A DNA stretch of 64,000 nt from Ostrea edulis (Eukaryota), in NCBI RefSeq assembly GCF_947568905.1, contig NC_079172.1, forward strand, positions 9,114,001 to 9,178,000, in the 5' to 3' direction. Each line of letters starts with the position of its first letter. The stretch's first letter is position 1. Below, one piece after another: positions 15,701 to 29,300 of the stretch. Below the pieces are notes generated by a model. That model searched no databases, was not told the DNA's origin, and saw nothing but the letters and a program-made list of their open reading frames with translations. Position numbers and translations under genes: made by a program.

Positions 15701-18700
15701 AATACAATAACTGATACAGCGAGTCCCGTATTGTTTAATATATCAAGAATGGTTATTAACACATCTTACAGCGAGATTTCATGAACGAGTTAACAAATAA
15801 ATTGAAAATAATAAGAGCAAACTATCTAAATGTCATTTGCTCCATGACCGCTTACGTCGAAAGTGTACCCGTGGTGACAATACCGTGGTCTCAATTTTTA
15901 AAAATTCGCTTGGAGAAACCAAAGTGTAATGTTTGTGGAACAGAGGTAGCAAGCTCTCGTGGTAAAACTAATTTAACAACACATTTGCGATGACATCATA
16001 ACTGTCAGAAAAATGGTGAAAAATCTATTGATGAATGGTATATGTAGTGATCAAAGTCGAATGTGATCTGCAGTCACGATTTTTGTATAAACAAATATAT
16101 AAATTTATAATTCATTTGTGAATATTTATCCTGGAAAAAAATCCTCTGCTGCCTCAGACTTGGGCTTGGAGTGGGTTTTCATTACAACGGGAGATATTAT
16201 ATCAGCAAGTAAGACTTGTTTAAAGCCAGAACATGTGGATGCTCGTTTTCGTAAAGAAAAAAAAATTGTGTTAACAATACTGATAAAAGCAAATAGATAA
16301 TAAACAAATGCACAATTGTCCTTTGTGATAGATTAATTCAAGCAAACATTATAATATGCAAATGAAAAAAAAGGAGAGGTCAAGCTTTATTTTTGTTATT
16401 ATATATTTTATTGTCAATACCCATCACATTTTCTCTCTATATTGCAATATGCATCATGTCGGAATTTTCCAAATGATACCCAGACCTACCTCTAAATAAG
16501 AAAATCTTATTTTGATGTAAAAATGATAGTTTTGTATATAACTTTAACCATAATCATCAATAAAATTAAAACTAAACGTAAAATTTTATCAAAAATAAAG
16601 ATTTCGGTTCTATTGAAAATATAGCCAATTTTTGTATGGGAAGACAATGTAATTTTACTTTATTCAGAGCCTCTGGATAGGTCTTCTAACACAAATATCA
16701 ATAACAAAAGTTTGTATACCTTAACTTTTTCCATCATTAAAATAGTAAATCAAAATTTTACAACAAAAATTTTCGACACCAAAGTGACAGCTAAATCAAA
16801 TATTGCTTTAAATTGCTCAAAATCTACCCATAGTACGTCTTGATACTATGAAAGGCTTTTCACAAAAACATTCTCCCAAAATCAATGTACTTTTTTTTTG
16901 TAGGTGTTAGCTTTTCATGAAATTTACAGATCTCAGCTGTGTACAGTGGATTTCTACTATGTGGATGCTAAACATCAAGATGCTTCAGGACATTTTTGGG
17001 GAACATATTTTTTAAACAGTATTTTGTCTCGTTTATCTGGAATTCTGTGTTGTCAGACAATACCTGACACGAACTCCTCCATCCACCGGATAAAGTTTCC
17101 TCCTCCCTGCGTGAGACAGGACTTGATGAGGTTACCAATAATCAGAGTAGCCGTGCCCTTAAGTTGGGGGTCAAAGTGACTAGCATAAAGTAACACATCC
17201 TTCATCAACTGGTTATTATCTACAAAATAAAGATCATCGAACAACAACATATGTCTAAGGGCTGTTCCAGAAATGATCAAATGGGGGGGGGGGGGGGGGG
17301 GTCGGGCGGCAAATGATATTTTTTTTGTGTGGGTGGTCGTATTTTTTCATATTTTATTTGGTCCGTGGTTGGACTGTTAAAAAAATATTTATTATGGGTA
17401 GTGGGTAGTTTCTATTGTTTTATTTTGTGCCACATGGGTGTTGAGTTTTCAGAATATTTTATTGTCGCTCTTGTCGTGTTGGTTACAAAACATCGGAGGG
17501 AAAATTGAAAACGTGCTTTCGAAATGCTGATTTCGAAATCGGAAATTGGAAGTAACATAGAACTATTCGAGTTGTCGCTCTTTGAAGCGCATAACTTTCC
17601 ATTACGGCACTCTTCAAATTAGAGGCGCGTTTAGTAGGGTCCCTTTGGACGTGATGGCGGCGAACTCTGTTCTGTAGATTATTACAGTTTACAGTGTATC
17701 GATTTTGGGAATATTTTGAAACCAATAGGTATTCCGTTTTCTAATAAAAATAGGCAAACCTTAGTTGATTTATACGAGGGTACCGATGCGTTATATTTAT
17801 CAGTCAGTGTGATGGTGATATAGAGGCCTCCGGGCGCGGGCTCCATTAGAGGACGAATGATTCGTGGAAAAACATATCCATACCCATTTCATGATAATAG
17901 CATCGTTTGGACTCCCAATCTTTCCAACATTCCCGCCATAGATGCCTTTGATTGTTGATGTGACATCGTTTCTTCAGAACTACTGTGATACAATGTCGCA
18001 CAGGCATTACCGCGTCATTGACTAGAATGTTTGTCCCGAAAACCTCGCGAGATTTGTACCGTTTTCATTTTTAAAAATATTTTTGTGGTGGGTCTGGTTA
18101 GTTTTTTTTTTTTAATTAGATGGGTCATTGTAAAATGAGTTTATCAATTTGATGGGTCATGGGGTAATTTTTTATTTTTTTTTATGGGTGCTTGGTATGT
18201 ACAAAAGGTGCCTCCCGACCCCCCCCCCCCCCCCCCCATGTATTTATTTCTGGAATAGCCCTAACAAATTCCTAGATTTACAATACACTATGGAAACAAT
18301 TCCAACCCACTGCTCTGTACTTTATTTACCCATCAGAAAGATATTGTTCACGTTGTCCTTTTTCTAATCAAGAGAGTCCTACTTTGCCACACTGATTTAA
18401 TTCATTTTCTATAATTTTAAATGTATTTAATATGTAATTTATTCCTATCAATATGATAAAAAAAATCAGTTTTCGACAAGGCATGGCCACTAACCTTCAG
18501 TTACTTCCTTGAAAACGTTCATAAATAGGACCTGTGGTTTTAATATCATGGTGTAGCTGACACATCCTAATGCTAAAGCCTTGCTGCTGACCCGTACAAC
18601 TCGATCAGGAATCAACTGTTCCTTCGTTCCTCCTAATAAAAATCTCCTACAGATCACACGGATACAGAAATCTAATGGCATGTCCTCTGAGAGACACCCA

Positions 18701-21700
18701 ATATTCTGGGTAACATCTATTTGTCTGTAATTTGGAACCGGAGTTTTCACATCCAGTTCTGGTGAGCTCTCCTCCTCCACCTCTGGATTTCCATTCATGT
18801 CCTGACCTCCACCCCTTTTGGTCTTTGGTGGTAAGGACAATTTATTCAGACTTTGTTGGCTGCCATTGGCAGTAGAAGTTTGGGACAAGTTTGATTTCTC
18901 AGATACATCTTCGTTTAAATCACCAATTTCTATCCCAGAGTACTTGGAGTCCAAAGTAGTGATCACAATTCCGGCATCACACGTGTCAACATCCAGAGGA
19001 ACTCCATTACTGTCCACCGATTCAGTTTGTTCACTCGTCCTCTCGGGCATCTGCGCTTGATAGCTAGCTACGATGTCTGCCACATTGTCCTCAGACACTT
19101 CTGAAGTATCAACTATTGATTCTGACGCTTCAAGCTCATCTACTGCGTTACTGTCCTCAGGAAGTTTAGACATGGATGGTACTTCTGTTAAACCTATAAT
19201 AATTAACACGACATGGATGGAACTTTTGTCAAACCTATAATAATTTACACGGCACAGACTTTTGTCAAACCTATAATAATTTACACAACACAGATGGAAC
19301 TTTTGTGAAACCTATAATAATTTACACGACACAGATGGAACTTTTGTGAAACCTATAATAATTTACACGACACAGATGGGATTTTTGTCAAACCTATAGT
19401 GCACATTTACATTATATGAATGGAAAACATCAGATTATGAGGGCATTAAAACCTCTCCATCCCTCATTTACTTCTGACAAAATTGGCCCGAGAACCAATT
19501 CATTTGATTGTTTTTGGCCTTGCAGTACTGGAATACCAGAACTTTGTGAGCAGTTTGCATCCATGAAAAGCTATCTCTTACTCAAATCTAGCATTTTGCT
19601 TCACTTTAAACATTTTACTATAAATATAATTGTTACTCATGTACACTCTCTCCATTCCATTGTAAACACTTTGCATACCCAGTTACCTTCACTATGTTTT
19701 AAATCTTGATCAGCCTTGTAAATGTAAGACCTGGGGATACTTTTGGGTGTTGTCAGTAAGGTGACAATGAGGGGAGAGGGATGTCTGAGCAGCTGTTGGA
19801 AGGTTTCCAGAGCACCTGTCACCACATTGTGGTCCGGATGTCCCATCAAATGAAGCAACAGCTGTATCACCTGTATAAAAGAAAACATACCTGTATAAAA
19901 GAAAACATACATGTACCTGTATAAAAAAAACATACCTGTATAAAGAGAACATATCTGTATAAAGAAAACATACCTGTATAAAGAGAACATACCTGTATAA
20001 AAAAAACATACCTGTATAAAGAGAACATATCTGTATAAAGAAAACATACCTGTATAAAGAGAACATATCTGTATAAAGAAAACATACCTGTATAAAGAGA
20101 ACATATCTGTATAAAGAAAACATACCTGTATAAAGAGAACATACCCGTATAAAAAAAACTTGCATAGTGTACACCTACAAAACATTATTTATTAAAATAA
20201 TGATTACAATACTGAAACTATGTAAAGCTTCTGTATCATCAGGTACCCGAATCAGGAATCCGAGTTAGAATAGGTCCTCAGTACCCCCGAATCAGGAATC
20301 CGAGTTAGAATAGGTCCTCAGTACCCCTTACTGTCATTAAGAAGTGACTAAATGGGGTGGTCCTTCGGACAAGACCGCAAAAACTTAGGCCCCATGTCAT
20401 AGCAGGTGCGGCACGATAAAGATCCATCCTTGCTCAAAGGCCTTAAGCGCCGAGCATAGGCCTAAATTTTGCAGCCCTTCACCGACAATAGTGATGTCTC
20501 CATATGAGTAAAGAATTCTCCAGTGGGACGTTAAACAATATGCAACCAAGCATCAGTTACCTTGATAATTTGTTCCTTGCTGACGGTCTGTTCTTTCTCC
20601 TTTGTCATTACACCAAAGCTGCCCTTCAGCCCTTCTTTCTCCTGTCCTGATTCATTGAGGTGAGGAATAAGGGACCTCAGACAGAGCAAGACTCCAATCA
20701 AAGTGTGTAGACTGGACTCCTCATCAACGGGAATCACCATATCTGTAATGGAGACAGTGAGATGTAGTGATGAACCTTAGTAATAAATCTACAGGTCTAT
20801 ACCATATGAGCATTACATGTTATGAACAAAACTACTCAATATACAATGGGTAAATAAGAGTATCTTAAGATGCACCATAATGGATCTAAAATCTCTTATG
20901 TAATTAATTAAATGATCAAAGAGTTGTGGGAAACTGCTTGTTATGAAGACAGATTTAACATGTTCGTGACCGGGGAAAATGCTGCTGGTTCAAATGATCA
21001 GTATATTTTTTTGCTTGTACCAGCCCACTTTTGGATCAGTTTACCAACAGTGAAAACGGCATGACCAAAAGGTGGCCTGTCAAGTATACAGCTGGGGCAA
21101 GACCTGGGGGGAATGTTAAGCTGCTGAAGACAGCAAGGCAAGATATGAAAAAATTGGAAGAAGGAAGATAATTGGAAAAAGGTGTGGGAATGACACGACA
21201 AAATGACATTGACAACACTAATAGTGCAAGTGAGAGAGCTATAAACTAAATATCATTGTTGGGTCCACAGGGAAGGAAGAAGTAGTATTGCAGATTAAAG
21301 ATTGTGAGTTTTTCCTATAACGACTGACAGTAATACTGTTGAGCTGGAGATATAAGATGATGTACTGTTTATCAGTAGGTCTTTCATTGTCAACGATCAA
21401 AAGTCAATCTCTATATGCCCACTAATTATTATCATTAATTACTATTTCAAAATTCATTTTGAAAAACACATGGTGTAAAAAATGACATAACTACAAATGA
21501 TTTTTTCACTTCCTTAAAACCAATATGTGCCAAATGTGAACATAAACCATCAACATGAACAATCCAGCAACAGTGGAGATGGAATTTCATAGATACACGT
21601 AGGATGTAAGATAGCAAAGTCAGATTACAATCTCACCATTTTAGAATAATATGGGGGGGGGGGGGGGGGGGGGGGGGTGCAGGTTGCATCACTCTATTTA

Positions 21701-22910
21701 TGTAGAGGTTCACATCGAATCATGGCCGAAAGAAAATAATTCCTGGAACTTTGCATGTTTTATGGGACTTTCCTTATGAGGAAGGCTCTCCAATTTTTTG
21801 TGAGATATAAATTCAAGTATTGTGTTTGAAATTTTGTGAGTAAAAACCATGAAAGAAGGATTTAAATATTTTTTTGAATTTTTGTTGTAGAGGTAGGTGA
21901 TTTGGCTTTTGACCAGCTGATTTTGCACGTGCTTGACTTCGATGTAAACAAACTCTCACGCCTTGCTGGATGGGTATGTATTTTTTGGTATGAAAATGAT
22001 CATTAAGAACTGTACTACATGATGTGAAAGTACAACTTCTGAAAAGTTTACTTTAAGGAAGCAGGGTCAGGTCAAAGGTGAGTAATTTTGGTAAGAACAT
22101 ATAGGCAAAATTAATAGAGTGGTGCAACCTGCATGAGAGCTAGTTTCCACAATTGACACACAGCCAAATAAAATATTGCAGTATAAGTATTGTCCACACC
22201 ATTGGAGAGAATCTTAGATACTACAGGAGAGATTGATGACAAAAAGAGATGCAGACTTAATTTTGACAATGTTAACTTGAACAAAACCTTTGAGAACTAT
22301 TTGTGACTGAATGTAGTAAAATGTCATCATTGATACTTAACTAATCAGTATACAAATTATTGGATCCTTGTGTGCCTCCTAGTCTAGATTTTTGCAGTTT
22401 AAAATTTTGCAAGTTACAGTTAAAATAACATTAGAGTTAAGGACAAGTTAACTGTTAGTTAACTTTAACTAACAGTTGACTTGTCCTTAATTCTTACATT
22501 TTTATAGAGGTAACTAGACGTTAATTGTCAGTTAAACTTAACTAACTTTTGTGCAACTGGGTCCTGGTTACATATGCAGTACTTGTATTACTCAGTAATA
22601 CTTATCATTAAATCTTTTGAAACTGATTGAAAATGAAGAGTTTAATAAAGAAAAGGTTTTAGGAGTTTCCAAATATGACCTTTCAATTATTTTCAATAAT
22701 CAAATATGAAAAATTTCTGCTTTTTCATCATTAGTACTGCTAGAAAAATTAGTTTGAATTTTCTCTGCATTAGGAAACCTTGATCAACAACTTTAATACT
22801 TGCATTTTTACAGTTCATGAAAAATAAACTGCAGGAAAATAAACTTACTTTCTGATCAAATGCACAAACTAGAATCTAATGAGGACTATGAGAAGGATGT
22901 CTCAGAGAAT

Positions 22911-22960
<50 letters not shown>

Positions 22961-23146
22961 GAAGATGGCCAAGGTCACAAGGACAAATATCTTGGTACCA
23001 GTAGAAAGATCTCATCACAAGAAATGCTCATGTGAAATATGAAAGCTCTAAAATTTACCATTTAGAAGTTATGACCAATGTCAATTTTTTTTAAAAGTAG
23101 GTCAAATGTCAAGGTCAAAAGGTCTAGTACCAACGGAAAGGTCTTG

Positions 23147-23177
<31 letters not shown>

Positions 23178-23188
23178 TTCTATCACTT

Positions 23189-23247
<59 letters not shown>

Positions 23248-23321
23248 CAAGGCCACAGGATAAAAAATATTGATACCCCTGGAAAGGTCTTGTCACAAGG
23301 AATATCAAAGCTCTAGCACTT

Positions 23322-23358
<37 letters not shown>

Positions 23359-26300
23359 CAGAATTACAGACAGGACAAAAACAATATGACCCCCAATCTT
23401 CGATCTCGGGGGCATAAAAATTTACAGAGGGAGGTGATTCAAGAGATGGAAATATAGTATCGTTTAGTCAGTTAATAAAACATTGCATACTATTGTTTGA
23501 TTTGTATTTTGCGACTTAAACTCTGGACTGACTTAAATTACTTTAGATTGTCATTTTCAACTTTTGGCTCTGGATCAGAAAATGAATAGAATGAAAATTA
23601 CCAAGAAGAGATGCCAGTAGGAAGTTGTAGAATGAGGAGGGACTTCTGTTGTGTTCACAGATCAGAACAAGACTAGTGGCCGCCATCCTTCTACAAGCAG
23701 CCATAGTTGATCGTAGGTTAGGAAGGAAAGACTTGATAAGAGCCTGAAAACATGAATCATATCACAGCTTTATAAATTGAAAGTCCTTTACTATGATCTA
23801 AAGTTTCTTTAAAAGAAATCCTCTTCCATACACAATCCATTATACTAGGCATCTGCATATAAATCAACAAGGATCGTAAAATACAATCACAGAATGGCTG
23901 CATTTATAGCTTTAAAATGTGACACTATTCACGACCGGGATCCACATACATCATACATGGTGTAATACTTGTAAAGTTTTAAGCATGACGGCAATAACAG
24001 TTACCTTTATTTCAGATTCATTGGCAAACCCGATCAGTGGTGGGCAAATTTTCTGCATGGACTGAGACAATGTATCCTGGATGGCCTCCTCCTCTCGCTT
24101 ACATATCCGAGCAACGCATGGCAACAGATTTACGATGTATGGTCTAAGGAAAAACACACACACTATATAAAGAGATGATACTTAAAGGAAACTTTAAAAT
24201 GACACCAATAACCTTGACCAATGTTTCTGTGCTGATTATAGAATTGTCAATTTTACAATGAAAGCTCAAATAAAAGTAAAGATGTGATAAAAATAAAAGT
24301 GCGTAAAGGTTAACTTGATTAAATGTCATATAAAATGATACAAATGAGACTATTTAAAAGCACCAGTAAGTAAAAGCTGGTTCCCGGTACCTGCACTTTT
24401 GTGGACGAATAAGATGTGCCATCTCTGAGAATCTCCACAGGGCTGCCCTCAATGTTCGACTGCTGCCATTTTTCTTGATTTCTTTATAAAGCTCCACCTG
24501 TAGTCGTCCTAGATTTGTTTCCAGCAGGATCTAAAACAAATATAAACCATTAGAACTAAGAACACAAGACTACTTTCTGCATTAGCTACATCAGCCATTT
24601 CATTGTGCACTACTTTGAACTGTTGTTAGGACTGTATTCTGGTATATGTTCATTTTTCTCATTTTCCATATATATATACATACATGTATGAAGCTTTACT
24701 AAACAAGTTACACGGACAATTTCTGTTCCATTCTAAAGTAATATGGGACAGATATTTAACAAGTTCCCCATGTAAGTCCATTCCCAGAAACCTTATCTTT
24801 CAATTGTTTAACTCTCCAAATATTATACATATTATCAAAGACTGACTAGAAATCTATCGAGGAAAGGGATTTAGTTCATTGCCCCTCAGTGCAAAGAAAT
24901 AATATGGAGTCATGAGGGCAGACTTTAGATACTTATATTTCACACCAATCTATCCATTTTATATCCAACAGCCAGAATCAAAACTTGACGCTGCTCTGGT
25001 TGACAAATTAACTGACCAAACTATCGATCTGCTATATTCAATTTGGATTTCCCATGAGTGAACATGAGTACTACTGACATTATCAACATTACTAAAAGAC
25101 GAAGGAAACATGGCACCAATAATAACATTTTCTTTACACTGAGAATTTTTTTTAATAACTGCTACTTAGACTTTCTAAGAAAATGTAAATAAGAATATAG
25201 AGTTCCCCATACCACATATTTCTATACCAAAAAAGGAACTACAGTGAATAATCCATAAGAACTCGGGGCTAAAATCACCAGATATTTCACTGAACATGGA
25301 AACACTGTATCTGCTCAGTGTTTTCAAAAGAAACTTGAAAGAAAAATTAAACAAAAGTACATTTTGTGACTGCTGCGATGCCACTCTATGCTAAGTGGGT
25401 TATAAGGACAAGTTAAGAATTCTGATCAGATGAAAAATTGGACAATGGTCATACTAAGTAACACTGTGATCATCATAATTTGTGAAACAATTACTGTTGT
25501 GATGTGGGTTGGACAAACTAATTTCATATCATATTTTACAACCTTCTTTCTTTAAAAGTGAAGAAAGAGTGATCTCTCTTGTTTTGTCATCATAGCACAT
25601 GTACATTTTTATATATAAAAAAAAAACATTTGAAATAATTATCAAGTTTAAATTATTGGAATGAAAAATCAATTAAATCTCAAATTGCTACTCAAGAAGC
25701 ATTAACTAAAAATTCTATGGTTGCAATTTTATTCTACCATTCACATTTTATAATTCCAAATGTGGTATAATTTGTAATGCAAATGAATGCAGATTTTAGA
25801 ATCTGTGAAGGAAACTCCTCACGATTTTACCTGAATATAAATTCCTCACCTTTAATTAGGAATCTGCAGTAGTCATGCCAAACATTCTTTGACATATATA
25901 TTGTAGATTCCTTATTTTACGCGAGTACTTAATATGGCGTATTGGCTCATATACGTCAAATTGCATGAACAAGAATTCATATGCTGTCTGTTAATAGAGT
26001 TTTTACTTGTATTATAGCAACAGAAAATTAAAAGAGAGTAAATTTATTTTAGGAGTGATGCCTCTCACGAAAATATGTGGTAATAAATTCCTCGCGTATA
26101 TATAGGAACGCACAGTAACCATTTCAAATACTGCCTTGTTATAGTTGTGTTTCTATGTGATACTTTAACATTGTACCTTTATAGTTCGGTTTAAACACTC
26201 ATCTGCAACCATTCTCACATCAGACTCGGCATCGTCACACAGCGATAGGAAAGCCTCCATCGCAATGCCAAGAAATTTAGGAAAGTCCACAATAGCCCTT

Positions 26301-29300
26301 AAATAAAAATACTGACTATTAAATCTTTGTCTGCATGCATGGGATTTTCTTAACTCTACACCATCCAAACAATGATGATTCATAGATTTATACGAGGTAT
26401 GAAAACTTGTATTAAAAAAATGTTTACCAACTGTTAAATTTGTTCAGTAAGTACATACCTCATATTTGGAGCACATATGCAGTCAGCCACGAGATTACAG
26501 TTTACCATTTTGTCCTTCTTGCTCACCGGAGCTTGCTCTTTTTTCCTATAAAATATATAAACATACGGTATCTTAAAAATCATAACATGTTCTATACACA
26601 TCAAAAATTGTAATTTCTCCAAAACAACACTGTATCACGTCAGTTACATTTATATACATGCATTTACACCGGGGTGTGTTGTTTTATTTGTCTTTAACAA
26701 AATGATAAGATACTATGTTAAATGTACATCATATGCAACATACTATTATATTTCAGAGATCTATGGTACACCACAGCAAATAGCATTCGAAATTATCTGT
26801 ATTTATCTCATTTATCAGGATTGTGGATAACCACTAACGAATTCAAGTAATATTTCCTGTGAGCAATTAAATATTACAAATCACCTAGCCTACATGGTGA
26901 CTAAATTTTACGCGTAACAATTTTATTTCATAATGTATTTTCCTTTTCAATAAAACGTTAGATTAACTAAGATTATTTGTGTCATGTGCAAAGCAGATGC
27001 TAAGAGCACAGGTTATGTCAAGCGTATAAACAATGTGACAATTTACAGAAAGGATTTCAAAACCCCAGAAGAGAAATACTAAAATTTACAGAGACCATTA
27101 CTTCCATAAATGTGAAAACAAATGATTGAGATTGTTTTCCCAGAAATGGCTTGTTAATTGGCCTCGACTGTCGGCAAGTGAAATGTTTTGTCGCCAAAAC
27201 CAAAACCTCAAAAAATAAATCTTGTTATTGGGTCTTTATTGGTATTGGGCTACATTTTTGCAGTTACTCCCCTTACACTGGAAGTGGGAGTGCGCTCATG
27301 ATTGTGGTCCTATGCTTCACATACATAGTAGTAACAAAATAAATAGTGTATGGTAAAGCTTATGCTACCAAATTCTTTATTATGCTGAGTTGTAATATAC
27401 CTATGACACAAACAAGGTTTAAATTCTTTGATAGTATGGAGAAAACTTTTTAAAATATGCACTTCGTTAAATTGTAGAGTTGGGGAGAGGGGGTGTTATA
27501 ATATAGGCGTATCTGACGTTTATTTCTGTCCGAGTTATGATGCAATTAATACCGAGAATTTCAGAAGTAATCTGTTTAAAAAACAACAGACACCAAAACC
27601 AAAAATTTTAAAAGCACAATGAAAACGTGATATAATCAGGCGTGTCGCATCGTTTAAAAAAATGGAGGGGGGGGGGGGGGGGGGGAGCTGACTTCATAAT
27701 ATTGCCTGATTTCAAAATTCTTGACATAAGTAAATTAAAAAAAAAAAAATGAAATAAAAATCCAAAGCCCTAGAGGGAAGGCGGCAAGGGTAATCTTTCA
27801 GTTTCATTCATAGGTTAAATTTTACATTTCCACTACCATTCACGACAATGTTGGTTTTTTTTTTTTTAAAGGGTAAGAGGCACCCAGCCTATCTATAGAT
27901 CTATCCCTGCATGTAAAAACTCTGCAGGATTGTGATAATAAGAGGGAGCAGATCTATTATTGCAAGAAGAGCTGTAAGTTGATGTACAACGAACATAAAA
28001 TTGAGAGATTGAATCATATGCAAAAAAAAATTCAACAGAAATATTACACTAGAGATCTATACCAATTTGAGATAATGAACATGTTCTGTTTATTGGCACC
28101 TGGTGTACATTTAGCAACAAGTAGTTTTTTTCAGTGTGAAATGATGAATTGAGAATGTACATATATGCATTGGTTGCACATAGGGCTGTCACGGTTCCAA
28201 AAATATTTAGGTTGGGTTGGTTCTAAATTTTTTACTTCAGGTTCGGGTATTTCGGTTCGGATCTATATAACTTTTTTAAAAATCTAATATACAGTTAAAA
28301 TCAAAAACATTTATTGTATTTTGTCACAATAATTATTCGAGGACGTAGACTGAGGTTTAGACTCGACATCCATGGTACTAGAAACAGCATTGTCACTTAT
28401 AGTTCTACTCGTTTCCAGTCATGCTTTCCACGTTTTGTCATTAAAGATGTTGATCCTGTGGCGTATTTTCAATGCATCTGACATATCTTACATATACTGT
28501 CATTACTTACAGTTTTGTCCACAATGCCATCATTTAACAATTGATCAAAATACAGCCAACTTTGAGGATTTTGATGACATTTCGTTTAAACGGATTTCTA
28601 ATAATGATTCTATTTTAAAAACCAGACCCGAACCGAAATATGGAAAAATGGAACCGAACCCGACCCGAACAACAGAACCCTCTGTTTTCGGTTATTTCGG
28701 GTACCCGTTGCAGCCCTAGTTGCACATGTGTTTTTAGGCAGATCTTATTGGCAATGGATGTGTTTTGGTTGTCAAAAATATTGATACTATTAATAATGAA
28801 GAATTGCTGATATTAAAAAAAAAACAACCCTGATTCTGATCTAAAGAAATTGAGGACTGTTAATATTTACATTCTTTGTTACATCATGACCATACATTGC
28901 TTGCGAGAAAACACACAAGGGACACATAAATGTAATCAGTGAATAAATTATTATTGCTCAATTATACTATTTTAAAGTCATTACACTTAATTCTTAGAAA
29001 AATTCATTAACTGGCAATTGATTGCAATCAGAAATTGAGAATTTTCTATTTATTTCTTATACATGTATGACATCATCAACTGAGGACCGCAATGTGCTGC
29101 GCGCCCTCTGTAATCAGGGGGAAATAATTCGCATAGCATTTTGAACAATGTAGGTTGTTGGTATACAATGTGGGCCCATAAACTTTTGAAGGTCAGGGGC
29201 CGAAATAGCCCCTAAGGCTTCAAATGTTAACTATAACCCTGAGAATCTGTGTTTATTTCCATTACATGTATTTATCTTATGAATCAGTAGTGTACTAGCA

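Noticed and set aside
17483-17725. ORF containing KSAFRK, similar to the Penelope RT tail
   Set aside because: Six-residue match only, inside a Harbinger-type MITE; at most captured debris.
19637-20185. Three overlapping F/Y-rich ORFs
   Set aside because: Products of the 19-20-bp array; only 19687-19870 is real HTT coding sequence.
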